Assembly: GCA_036339555.1 (NCBI GenBank)
Contig: JAYZAT010000006.1
Coordinates: forward strand, 65-64,064
Reading direction: 5' to 3'
DNA length: 64,000 nt
Source of the DNA: Planctomycetota bacterium
GTDB lineage: Bacteria > Planctomycetota > Phycisphaerae > Phycisphaerales > SM1A02
Part shown: piece after piece, positions 1-8,965 of the stretch
How positions within the stretch are numbered: the stretch's first letter is position 1
Layout: the number at the start of each line of letters is the position of its first letter
The notes under the pieces: model-generated
Database searches by the model: none
Told to the model about the DNA's origin: nothing
The model's input: only the letters and a program-made list of their open reading frames with translations
Translations under genes and position numbers: made by a program

Positions 1-161
1 GGGTTGGGGGGTGGGGGGGACCACCGATCATCGTGAACAACTATTGTCCGACAGTCCATCAAGGACACCGCGGAGGAGTCAACGCCTGCCGCAGTTCGTT
101 CATTGGGTTGGCGACTTTTTGATGACAGTGCCAAGCGGCATCGTCTGAACCACAGGTGCTC

Positions 162-635
162 TTACAACTGCATGCCAGTGATCTTCACTTGGAAGACCAC
201 CTTGTCATTCACCACGCCTTGGGCATCGCAGGAGAATCGGCGGCGTTGGAACTTGTGTTCCTTGGCGAGCAGCAGCAATGTGTCACCTGGAACGACCTGG
301 CCCCTGAAAACGGCCTTATCACAGCGTGTAAAACCAAGGAACGCCGTTTCCTTCGTCCTGGACTGGTAGAGGATGCTGGAGAGTTGGGCGGCAGCCTCGA
401 TCATGAGGACGGCGGGAAACAGGGGGCGGCCAGGGATATGGCCATCCACCCAGAATTCATCATCTCGAACCTGCTTGATACCCAATGCCTTGGAGGCCCC
501 ATCGTCTATGTAGATCACATGGTCCAGTTGACGCATACCTCCGCGTTGGGGGTTGCAATCAGCCACCTGATCAGGCGTCATGAAGACGCTGTTCAAGTCA
601 ATTGAAGAAAAATCGAATAGTTGCTCGGAAGACAT
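162..635 (-). CDS. fabZ: 3-hydroxyacyl-ACP dehydratase, FabZ/FabA hotdog-fold family
   Basis: 157-aa ORF. The stretch GHIPGRPLFPAVLMIEAAAQ matches the FabZ active-site signature HFPxxPxxPGvLxxEaxAQ. Confidence 0.75.
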   Translation of the reverse strand: MSSEQLFDFSSIDLNSVFMTPDQVADCNPQRGGMRQLDHVIYIDDGASKALGIKQVRDDEFWVDGHIPGRPLFPAVLMIEAAAQLSSILYQSRTKETAFLGFTRCDKAVFRGQVVPGDTLLLLAKEHKFQRRRFSCDAQGVVNDKVVFQVKITGMQL

Positions 636-869
636 GGGGATCCACGACGCCTGGTGAGTAGATCAATCCGATCTTGAACTGATCAGGATACTCGTTGCCT
701 CACAGCAAATCACAGTGCAGCCATCTGGTCTTCCAGGGCTGCGAACACCACACCTGCGAGCGTTGAGTGCCCGACCGGTTGATTGCGAAAAAAGGGCATC
801 CCGTGGATTACCGTCGGGACGAGAAGCAGGTCAACATCAAGGCCGGAACTACAACACCCTCTGCCCGGA

Positions 870-1049
870 TTAGGGCGTTGGGCTATCTCGAACATCCAGG
901 ACCTCCTTACGGACATCCTGAGCGATGCTCTTGATCTCTTGCATTGCCTTGCGGACTCGAGTTCCTGCGGCCTTGTTGCCGCCACGGCACTTGTCCACAT
1001 CGTCTTGGATCTCTGCCAGGACCCGCTTCATCTTTTCGTAGGATTCCAT
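870..1049 (-). CDS. Histone H1-like nucleoid protein, Hc1 family, short form without a Lys/Ala-rich tail
   Basis: GGNKAAGTRVRKAMQEIKSIAQDVRKEVL aligns with the chlamydial Hc1 core GNKAAAQRVRTESIKLEK.A..YRKESI. I chose the third ATG (1049) because GGAGAGG lies 5 nt upstream. The 115-aa track ORF is probably over-extended. Confidence 0.6.
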   Translation of the reverse strand: MESYEKMKRVLAEIQDDVDKCRGGNKAAGTRVRKAMQEIKSIAQDVRKEVLDVRDSPTP

Positions 1050-1328
1050 CTGTGCCTCTCCGGCCTCTGCCGGCATCTGGTACATGGTCTTCGCCCTGTC
1101 GAGGGTTGCGACGGCCCTCACTCTACGACTCTTGCCACTCCTTATCGGCCAGCAGGGACTAATACTGCGATTTCGGCACGAAAATCGCGGAAATGCTCCA
1201 GCAAACCGGGTCTTCACATGCCCCTTTAAAGGCTCAAAAAGAGGGGTGTCCGTTGATTAACGCATCGTAAATACGGTTCCCAGGCAGGCTTCTGATTTTT
1301 GATCCCCCAGCCCCCTATTTTGGGTGAT

Positions 1329-2768
1329 TCAGACCTTCAAGGTCGCGGCAGCCAAAGATTCATTGGAATAGTGGCTGCGTACCTGGCCCACGATGTCGTG
1401 GTTGAAACGGTCTACTTGGGAGACGCTGCGACCCACGTAACGGCTGGGTTCAAGGAGGGCTTCCAAGTCAATGCCCGCCATCAGGGGCTCCTCCCGCAAT
1501 CGCTCAATCAGGTCATTGTCCGCTCCCTCGCTCTTGACGCGATGGGCGGCTTCCTGGGCATGCTGTCGGATCGCTTCATGGACTTCCTGTCGATCTCTGC
1601 CGGCTCGGACGGCTTCCATGAGTAGTTCCTCACTGGCCATGAAGGGCAATTCAGCTTCCAGGTTTCGCCTGATCGTTTCCGGGTACACGACCAGGCCGCT
1701 CAAGACATCCCGCATGATGTCCAGGCATCCATCAAGTGCCAGGAAGGATTGGGGAAGCACCAGCCGCCGATTGGCCGAATCATCCAATGTTCTTTCAAAC
1801 CACTGGGCTGATGCCGTCTGCAGTGGGCTGCCAGCCAGGCTCATCACGAACCGGGACATGCCACAGGCCCGTTCACAACGCATCGGGTTTCGCTTGTAGG
1901 GCATTGCCGAAGAGCCGATCTGATCCGTCCCAAAGGGCTCCTCGATTTCCTTGCGGTTGGCCAACAGGCGAATGTCTGTTGCACACTTATGGACGGCAGC
2001 AGCCATGGCAGCCAGGCAGGAACAGATGTGGGCATCCACGATGCGGGGATAGGTCTGGCCAGTTACCGGGAGTCGTCGATCTTCGGGCCACCCCATTCTT
2101 TGGGTGACGAGTCGATCGAGTTCTTCCACCTTCTCTTCATCACCATCAAACAGGGCCAGGAACGAGGCTTGGGTGCCCGTGGCCCCACGCACCCCTCGGA
2201 ACCGCAATGAGGCAAGCCTGAACTCCAGGTCTTCCAGGGAGAGCCAGAAATCCTGTGCCCAGGTGATCGCTCGTCGGCCGACAGTGATGGGTTGGGCTGG
2301 CTGGTAATGGGTGAAGCCGAGGGTTGGAAGGGTCTTCCATTCGCTCGCAAACTCTCCCAGCGCGATGATCACGGCTGCGGTCTTGGCAGCCAACAAGTTC
2401 ATCGCCTCTCGCAAGATCAACAACTCGGCGTTGCAGTTCACGAACTGGCTGGTCGCACCAAGATGGATGATGCCACGCGCTTCCGGGGCGGCTTCCCCAA
2501 GAGTGTGCACGTGGGCCATCACATCATGCCGTAGGCGTCGCTCATGAGCCGCTGCTGAGTCGTAATCGATGTCGTCGAGGTGATCACGCAATGCCTGTAG
2601 TTGGTTATCACGGATGTCCAAACCCAGTTCTTGCTGGGATTCGGCCAGTGCCAGCCACAGGCGACGCCATGTTCTGAAACGATGCCCATCAGACCACAGC
2701 CGCTGCATTGCCTCGGACGCATAGCGCGTTTCCAGTGGGGATCGGTAGCGGTCAAAGTCGTCCGGCAC
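1329..2768 (-). CDS. purB: Adenylosuccinate lyase (ADSL/eukaryote-like long type)
   Basis: YRSPLETRYAS, RLRHDVMAHVHT, GIIHLGATS, LPTLGFTHYQPAQ, IGSSAMPYKRNPMR and QWFERTLDDSANRR are fumarate-lyase/ADSL signatures. The start is set at the in-frame GTG at 2768 (AGGAGA upstream). The maximal ORF reaches 2870. Confidence 0.9.
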   Translation of the reverse strand: MPDDFDRYRSPLETRYASEAMQRLWSDGHRFRTWRRLWLALAESQQELGLDIRDNQLQALRDHLDDIDYDSAAAHERRLRHDVMAHVHTLGEAAPEARGIIHLGATSQFVNCNAELLILREAMNLLAAKTAAVIIALGEFASEWKTLPTLGFTHYQPAQPITVGRRAITWAQDFWLSLEDLEFRLASLRFRGVRGATGTQASFLALFDGDEEKVEELDRLVTQRMGWPEDRRLPVTGQTYPRIVDAHICSCLAAMAAAVHKCATDIRLLANRKEIEEPFGTDQIGSSAMPYKRNPMRCERACGMSRFVMSLAGSPLQTASAQWFERTLDDSANRRLVLPQSFLALDGCLDIMRDVLSGLVVYPETIRRNLEAELPFMASEELLMEAVRAGRDRQEVHEAIRQHAQEAAHRVKSEGADNDLIERLREEPLMAGIDLEALLEPSRYVGRSVSQVDRFNHDIVGQVRSHYSNESLAAATLKV

Positions 2769-2868
2769 GGTGGCTGGGCATCTCCTCTTGCTGGTAACCG
2801 AGGGCTGGAGAATGCGACATCTTACCGCGCCGGGTCGCACCAAGCCTTGGGAGCAGTAGGATGATCCC

Positions 2869-3783
2869 ATGGCCGCGAGATTCTCGTCTTCACCGGTACC
2901 ACTGGGACTCCATGGGAGCAGTTCGCTTGAACTGCTCAGATCCCTGGGGAGTGCCTTTGGGCATCTGGCGGCCTGGGTGGGCTTTTATGTCGGGGGCTGC
3001 GTGGCACTGGCGGGCCTCTTGTTGAATGGCAGCGTGTCCATCTTGGCGGTCGCCATCGCCATACCTGCTGCCATGGGTACCTACCTCATCGATCGAGCTC
3101 GCCCATTGCCAGGGCGGGTCGATCCCGCAGATACCGTTGCGCATGCCAGCCGAGCTGCGTTGATGGTGCGCTCCGGCGGACTCATCAGAGTCGGGGCCGT
3201 GGTGTTGCTGGCCTTGGCTTCGGTCCTGGCCCTTTCGATGTCGCCCCTGGCCATCGTGGTTGTCGTGGGTGCGCCGGTTGGGGTCCTGATCTACAGCCAC
3301 CGCGGGCAGCACACGAGACCCAAGGATCGGCTCATCGTGAAGAATGCGTTTGTTGCCGTGAGCATCGTGACCTTGGTACTGGTGTTGTTGAGTCACGTTC
3401 ATCAGTCCGCCGTGATGGCGGTGGTGGGGGGCTTCCTGCTGTTACATGTCTTTGCTGATGCCATGCTGTGTGACATCGATGATCGGCATGCTGACGCCCG
3501 CTTTGGAACCCGGACGATTCCGAACACACTGGGAGTTGCGGCCACCTGGCGGTTAGCCATCATGATGGACCTGATGGCCCTTGTGCTGCTGATCCTGGCC
3601 GCCTGGTGGGATCTACTTCCGTGGCCGCCTGCCATGCTGCTGGGCCTGACAACATTGTCAGCCACCGTGATCCTTGCATCGCTCCCGGTGACGCGGGTCA
3701 AGGATTTTGTTGATCTGAAACTTCCAGTTGCCGTGCTGGTGGGTTGGGTCGGCTTGTCACTGGCTGGCGGTGTCGCGTCCTGA
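2869..3783 (+). CDS. UbiA-family prenyltransferase-like polytopic membrane protein
   Basis: Multi-TM 304-aa ORF. DIDDRHADARFGTRTIPNTLG resembles the second Asp-rich motif of UbiA prenyltransferases. Confidence 0.5.
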   Translation: MAARFSSSPVPLGLHGSSSLELLRSLGSAFGHLAAWVGFYVGGCVALAGLLLNGSVSILAVAIAIPAAMGTYLIDRARPLPGRVDPADTVAHASRAALMVRSGGLIRVGAVVLLALASVLALSMSPLAIVVVVGAPVGVLIYSHRGQHTRPKDRLIVKNAFVAVSIVTLVLVLLSHVHQSAVMAVVGGFLLLHVFADAMLCDIDDRHADARFGTRTIPNTLGVAATWRLAIMMDLMALVLLILAAWWDLLPWPPAMLLGLTTLSATVILASLPVTRVKDFVDLKLPVAVLVGWVGLSLAGGVAS

Positions 3784-4470
3784 CCCTTGCCCGATCCGTC
3801 GCTCCGTTCCCATACGGATTCTGGCGATATTGCCGCGGTGTTTCCAAATCACCAAGGCGGCCAGCAGGACCGAGATGATGATGGGTGCCAGCGGTAGATC
3901 AACATTCGGCGTCAATCCGATGGTGGCAGTCTCTCGCATGAAAGCCATGTACTGCAGAACTGCGAAGACGACGATGGGAATGCAGATGGAGGCAACCATA
4001 CTGGCCAGTGACACCATCCTGAAGAGTCCCAGGAGAACGGCCCAGATGATGAATGCGGCCCCGACTGCGATAGTCATGACTGGCCACATGGCCAGCAGAG
4101 CACCAAAGGTCGTTGCGACACCTTTGCCGCCACTGCCACGCAGGAAGAAGGAGTACATGTGTCCCAGCAAGGCCGCGAATCCCACTGCGAGCCACAACCA
4201 CCATTGACCTGGGACGGTAAAGATGTCTTCCTCATAGAGCCCGGTCAGGATCCCCGCGATCGCAACCGGTACTGCGCCCTTGGCCATGTCCAGGAAGAAA
4301 CACAGCAGACCCCATCGCCGGCCCAACACTCGGCCGACGTTGGTCGCGCCGATGTTTTGAGATCCTTGCGTCCGAACATCGACACCATGTGCTCGACCGA
4401 TCAGGACTCCAAAGGGAATGGAACCCAGCACGTAACCGCCGATGATGCAACCAAGCCAGGTGCCAATCAT
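3757..4470 (-). CDS. plsY: Glycerol-3-phosphate acyltransferase PlsY
   Basis: The N-terminus GYVLGSIPFGVLIGRAHGVDVRTQGSQNIGATNVGRVLG is the PlsY signature. Confidence 0.9.
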   Translation of the reverse strand: MIGTWLGCIIGGYVLGSIPFGVLIGRAHGVDVRTQGSQNIGATNVGRVLGRRWGLLCFFLDMAKGAVPVAIAGILTGLYEEDIFTVPGQWWLWLAVGFAALLGHMYSFFLRGSGGKGVATTFGALLAMWPVMTIAVGAAFIIWAVLLGLFRMVSLASMVASICIPIVVFAVLQYMAFMRETATIGLTPNVDLPLAPIIISVLLAALVIWKHRGNIARIRMGTERRIGQGSGRDTASQ

Positions 4471-5810
4471 GTTGCCAACTCCCGACGTACCGGGCGAGTC
4501 ATCATCGCAGCAGCGTAGACAAGCATCAGAACAGCCACCTGGGCGGTCATCATCTGATACGCATCGAAGGCAGCACCGGCGGCCCAGGCCACCAGGACAA
4601 AGGCAGCGCCAAAGAACACGGGATCACCAACTCGACCAAGCAAGCGGCTGGCAGCCAGGATCATCGGGATCACCAGAAGCAGGCATCCAATCAAACCCGT
4701 GCTGGCCAGGACCTGCAGGTACATCGAATGAGGGTTGAGGTGTTGTTGGCTAAGCGGGATTCCAGCAGCCGCAGCTTGAGGATCACTCAACCACCAGGCT
4801 TCATCGAGCTCGGCAGAGAGCCCGCCACCACCGATGCCGAGTACCGGGTGCTCAAAGAACACGTCGCGTGCTGCTTGCCACACCAAGAGCCGGTAGCCCA
4901 CCGGCGTTCGATGCCAACCGCCCAACTCGATCTCATAGTGATCATCACCAGCGGAGGAATCGGTTTCAACCAATGCCGTCTCAATCCGTGATTGAATTGG
5001 TCCAGTGAGTCGACCTGAGAGGACATAGACATCAAGCAGGATGAGGCCGCCGATCGCGACAAGCCCGAGGGCACCCATCGTGACCGTGCGTCGGCGTGCC
5101 GTTCGACACAGCACCAGGGTTCCGATCACGAGCATCGTCCCTGCGACGGCCAGGCTCACCCACGGTCCTCGACTCCCTGTCAAAACCAGACCGACGACCA
5201 CCACGATGAGACCAGCAGCCATGGCCGCGGCACGGTCACCTCGCCATTGAAGGACACCGGTCAACATCCAAATTGCTGCGCTCACGAGCATGGCACCGGC
5301 GAGGATCGGGTGCATCCAGGCATCGGCTCGACCCTGGATGTCTAATTCGAATCCCGGAATGCCGATGACCTGCCCAAGTTGAACAAGAACCACGACACCA
5401 CATCCGAGCGCGAAGGTGATGATCAACAAGCGGAACTGTTGCATGACCGGCCAAAGAATCAGTGGAACCAGGAGCATGCGCCAGGCACGCAGTTCTTCGC
5501 CACCGAAGTCCGGCGATGGACTCCAAAGAAGACTGATCGCCAACCAAACTGGCCAGGCCAGTATCCACCAGGCCAGCGGATCCTGGAAGAGTGGGCCAAA
5601 GCACTTGGAGATCTTGGGCAGACGCATCAACGTGTAGACGAACAGGACGATCAGCAATACGTCTTTGGCGCCTGGGACCATGCCCAGTGGAAGGACAAAT
5701 GTGAAGGCACCGGCGATCGCGACATGGACGCGATGTCCCAACGGATCCACGGCACGGGCAAAGGCCGGCGATTCCCGTGGAGTGACGGGTGGGGCCGGGG
5801 TTGCTGGCAC
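4467..5810 (-). CDS. O-antigen ligase (Wzy_C) family membrane protein
   Basis: Polytopic 447-aa ORF with an LTGSRGPW motif followed by a large loop, typical of O-antigen ligase/polymerase. It overlaps plsY by 4 nt. Confidence 0.7.
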   Translation of the reverse strand: MPATPAPPVTPRESPAFARAVDPLGHRVHVAIAGAFTFVLPLGMVPGAKDVLLIVLFVYTLMRLPKISKCFGPLFQDPLAWWILAWPVWLAISLLWSPSPDFGGEELRAWRMLLVPLILWPVMQQFRLLIITFALGCGVVVLVQLGQVIGIPGFELDIQGRADAWMHPILAGAMLVSAAIWMLTGVLQWRGDRAAAMAAGLIVVVVGLVLTGSRGPWVSLAVAGTMLVIGTLVLCRTARRRTVTMGALGLVAIGGLILLDVYVLSGRLTGPIQSRIETALVETDSSAGDDHYEIELGGWHRTPVGYRLLVWQAARDVFFEHPVLGIGGGGLSAELDEAWWLSDPQAAAAGIPLSQQHLNPHSMYLQVLASTGLIGCLLLVIPMILAASRLLGRVGDPVFFGAAFVLVAWAAGAAFDAYQMMTAQVAVLMLVYAAAMMTRPVRRELAT

Positions 5811-5922
5811 GCTTTCGGCAGGGGTGGCGATGAGGGCGTCTCCCGGGCTGCAAGTATACGTCTCTGGTCTCTTGGCAACCCGATGATGCCCAGAGACCAG
5901 ACCGGAGCTATGGTGTCAGCCG

Positions 5923-6588
5923 ATGCGGCACGATGACGTGATCACGCGCGTGCTTAAAGAGGATGTCGGACGGGCCGTTTGGGTGTTGCGCGCCCCGAAT
6001 GCATTGCCTCAAACGATCAAATCATGGGTCATGACCCCGTGGTTCATTTTCAAGTGCTTCATAGGAATCGCTCAGCCCTGGCGTCATCTCAGGGGGGCGC
6101 GTCGACTTCGACGGGCCCAGGTCCAGACACCTCCAGTCAACTCCATGCGACTGGGTTGGCGACGTCACCGTCCCGTATTCCTTGTGGCCATGCCGTTTGT
6201 CGAGGGCGAGACCGCCCTGGATCATCTTCGGAATGGTCATCCGATCGATGCCGATGACCTGGCCAGTCAACTTGGACTCATCGTGGCGAAGCTGGGGGAT
6301 GCCGGGCTTCGACACCGTGACTTCAAGTTGAGCAACGTTGTCGTTGAACGAGACACGGAAGCCCTGTGGTTGATTGATCCAGTTGGCGTTGTCCGAGGTC
6401 GTGATCAGGTGACAGCTCTGACCACGATGCTGGAGCGGCTGGACGTGGAAGTACGGGAGGGACATGCGGGAGATGTTTCCCGTGCGCCCTTGCTCCGAAG
6501 GATCATGGTGCGGGCTGCATTGGAGACGTTGCCTCGGCCTCTTCGGAAAGAAGTGCTGCAGCGGCTGCGTGAACATCCTGGACGGTGA
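5923..6588 (+). CDS. Lipopolysaccharide kinase (Kdo/WaaP/InaA) family protein
   Basis: Catalytic loop LRHRDFKLSNVVV followed by WLIDP, in an LPS-core gene context. Confidence 0.55.
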   Translation: MRHDDVITRVLKEDVGRAVWVLRAPNALPQTIKSWVMTPWFIFKCFIGIAQPWRHLRGARRLRRAQVQTPPVNSMRLGWRRHRPVFLVAMPFVEGETALDHLRNGHPIDADDLASQLGLIVAKLGDAGLRHRDFKLSNVVVERDTEALWLIDPVGVVRGRDQVTALTTMLERLDVEVREGHAGDVSRAPLLRRIMVRAALETLPRPLRKEVLQRLREHPGR

Positions 6589-7558
6589 TGCGATCGATCC
6601 TGCAGACGCTCGGGCATCGGTTGGCAATCATCGACTCTGGTAAGAAAGGCTCTGCGAGCATGCGTCGTTCAACGATGCCGGGCAGCACGGTCCAACGGTG
6701 GTCAGTTGGACCAAACAGGCTCACGATGGGCGTACCCAAGGCCGCCGCAATATGGCGAGGGCCCGTGTCGTTGGTGATGACCAGCGAGGCAGCTTGAAGG
6801 ATGGCCTTGAGGCCACCAAGTCCTGGTCTGGCCGAGGCGAGATCGATGATCTCGCAGTTGGCGGATTGGAGGATGGTCTCCACAAGCGGTTGTTCGGTCG
6901 GTGAGCCTGCGATGGCAACTCGAAGCCCATGATCATGGGCCAAGCGTTCTGCAATCTGGGTGAAGTTTGCGGTTGGCCAACGTTTGTCCGTGCGGTTGGC
7001 ACCGGGAACCAGGACCACGAAGGGACCGTCATCCAATGCCATGGCGGCGGTTGCTGCACGCGTGTCTGATTCAGTCACCGCGAGACGCGGTTGACGATCG
7101 TCCAGTTCAGTATCACCGGTGATCGCCATCGCCAGGGCGAGGTAATCATTGAGGGTGGTGTGGACGGTTTCGGTCGAGGGTGGAGGGACTGCCTCAGTCA
7201 GGAGCCGAGCGCGTCCCTGCCGACTGAAACCAATACGTACTGAGGTGCCACTCAGCCGAGCAGCCAATGCAGATCGGATGCTGTTGGGAAGCAGGATGAC
7301 CGCATCGGGTCGAGTAGATGCCATGGCTCTGCCGGCTTGCCATGGTCCGATGAGGCCTTTGGGTTGGATCTCGATACAGGCATGGACATCTTCCAATCCA
7401 CCCAGCAGTGGAGCGAGACCGGGACGCAAGGCTGCTGTGATCTCAGCTGATGGATAGTGTGCATGGAGTAACCGCAATGCCGGCGTTGCCATGACAACAT
7501 CACCCACCCATGAGGGCATGATGATCATGAGCCGGGCAGGATTGTCGGTGAGCATCAT
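6503..7558 (-). CDS. Glycosyltransferase family 9 (ADP-heptose:LPS heptosyltransferase-like)
   Basis: N-terminus RLMIIMPSWVGDVVMATPALRLL and C-terminal ITNDTGPRHIAAALGTPIVSLFGPT are GT9 hallmarks. Confidence 0.8.
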   Translation of the reverse strand: MMLTDNPARLMIIMPSWVGDVVMATPALRLLHAHYPSAEITAALRPGLAPLLGGLEDVHACIEIQPKGLIGPWQAGRAMASTRPDAVILLPNSIRSALAARLSGTSVRIGFSRQGRARLLTEAVPPPSTETVHTTLNDYLALAMAITGDTELDDRQPRLAVTESDTRAATAAMALDDGPFVVLVPGANRTDKRWPTANFTQIAERLAHDHGLRVAIAGSPTEQPLVETILQSANCEIIDLASARPGLGGLKAILQAASLVITNDTGPRHIAAALGTPIVSLFGPTDHRWTVLPGIVERRMLAEPFLPESMIANRCPSVCRIDRITVQDVHAAAAALLSEEAEATSPMQPAP

Positions 7559-8109
7559 GCGGTTGTCTCCGCATGCATGATCTGCTCCGTAGCCTGAGCC
7601 AGGGTTTGGCAGACCATTTCGGCGGCGGATTCAGTACCCGGGTGGGCCAGGCGTATCGCGCGACAACCAGCTGCATGTCCGGCTTGGACATCACGTTCCT
7701 GATCGCCCACCATCCACGATCGTGAGAGGTCGATTCTGTGATCCTCCGACGCCTGCACCAGCATGCCAGGGTTGGGCTTGCGTGTCGGGTGGTCTCCGCG
7801 GAATGTCTCGATCACGCCCTCGGGATGCCAAGGGCTGTAGTACCAGGCCTGTATAAGATCCTCACGGCTCGTGTTATCCAACAGATCCTGCTCGATGGCG
7901 TCATGGACCGCTGCCACGTCATCTTCGGTAAAGACACCTCGGGCGACGCCGCTCTGGTTGGTCACGATTACCAGGAGGAAACCGGCGTCACGAAGCCGAA
8001 CCATCGATTGGGCAGCGCCTTCGAGCAGTTGCACAGCCGTGGCATCACCAAGATCTCCATCATTTTGGATGATCGTGTTGTCGCGATCCAGGAAGACGGC
8101 GCGGTGCAT
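7555..8109 (-). CDS. gmhB: D-glycero-D-manno-heptose 1,7-bisphosphate phosphatase (HAD-IIIA)
   Basis: AVFLDRDNTII (DxD motif), VTNQSGVARG and MVGDQERD. The ATG at 8109 has GGAGA 6 nt upstream; the track start at 8130 is TTG. Confidence 0.75.
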   Translation of the reverse strand: MHRAVFLDRDNTIIQNDGDLGDATAVQLLEGAAQSMVRLRDAGFLLVIVTNQSGVARGVFTEDDVAAVHDAIEQDLLDNTSREDLIQAWYYSPWHPEGVIETFRGDHPTRKPNPGMLVQASEDHRIDLSRSWMVGDQERDVQAGHAAGCRAIRLAHPGTESAAEMVCQTLAQATEQIMHAETTA

Positions 8110-8126
8110 GGTGTCTCTCCAGGTGT

Positions 8127-8927
8127 TCAACGGGCCATCGCCGTCGGGCGGACGACGATGTCATTGATCGAGACGTGCTTGGGTGATTGGAGGATCCAAG
8201 CGATCGTTTCAGCGATATCCTCGGGCAGCAGTGGTTCATCCAATGAATTGATGTAAGCCTTCGTGGCTTCCCGGGTCGGTTCGTGATCGATGGATTCAAA
8301 TAGTTCGGTTTGCACGATTCCAGGTTGCACTACGCATACCCGCAGGTGGCTGCCATCCTTGGCACATCGCTTGGCCAGGTCACCGCGGAGGCAGTCTGCA
8401 AAATGGTTGATGGCGGCCTTGGTCGCGCAATAGACCGAGGCCTCTGGAAAGGTCTGCCGACCAGCAATGGAAGAGAGCAATACGATGTCGCCACGCTGTT
8501 GTTGGAACATGGTGGGCAGGACGGCGTGGACACAACGCAAGATGCCCGAGAGGTTGGTATCGACAGTCCGATGCCATCGAGCAAGCTCGGTGTCCTCCAG
8601 TGGCTCGATGGGGATGATGCCGGCATTGGCGATCAAGGCCTCGACGCCACCCAACTCAGCGGCGACCTCTACGGCCCTGAGAACATCCTCGTCCCGGGTG
8701 ACATCTCCCGGCACGGCTCGGGCGGTCCCGCCTTCGGCCTCGATCTCTGTAGCCAGGGCTTCCAGCCGATCGGCCCGCCGGCCGGTGAGTACCAGTGAAT
8801 AGCCCAAATGGGCCAATCGACGTGCCGTTGCGGTCCCAATGCCAGCGCTGGCACCGGTGATCAGGGCAACGCCGTGCGCGCCCCTGTTCGCGCTATTGCT
8901 CGACACGGATGCTGGGTCCATGGTCAT
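8127..8927 (-). CDS. Short-chain dehydrogenase/reductase (SDR)
   Basis: TGASAGIG Rossmann motif and YCATKAA catalytic YxxxK. Confidence 0.85.
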   Translation of the reverse strand: MTMDPASVSSNSANRGAHGVALITGASAGIGTATARRLAHLGYSLVLTGRRADRLEALATEIEAEGGTARAVPGDVTRDEDVLRAVEVAAELGGVEALIANAGIIPIEPLEDTELARWHRTVDTNLSGILRCVHAVLPTMFQQQRGDIVLLSSIAGRQTFPEASVYCATKAAINHFADCLRGDLAKRCAKDGSHLRVCVVQPGIVQTELFESIDHEPTREATKAYINSLDEPLLPEDIAETIAWILQSPKHVSINDIVVRPTAMAR

Positions 8928-8965
8928 TCCACCTTCCCCCGCTGGCCGGCGGGTATCGTACCCGG

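Noticed and set aside
1-20. G-rich tract GGGTTGGGGGGTGGGGGGGA at the window edge. It has G-quadruplex potential, and the minus strand would encode a Pro-rich peptide.
   Set aside because: It is cut by the window boundary, so the context is unknown and I cannot tell whether it is coding. It is not interpretable from this window.
710-1000. 96-aa minus-strand ORF spanning the fabZ-Hc1 spacer and overlapping the Hc1 3' end. It is a possible small gene or gene remnant.
   Set aside because: It has no recognisable motif and no SD, and it overlaps the Hc1-like CDS in another frame. The 234-nt spacer (636-869) remains unexplained, but I cannot support a feature there.
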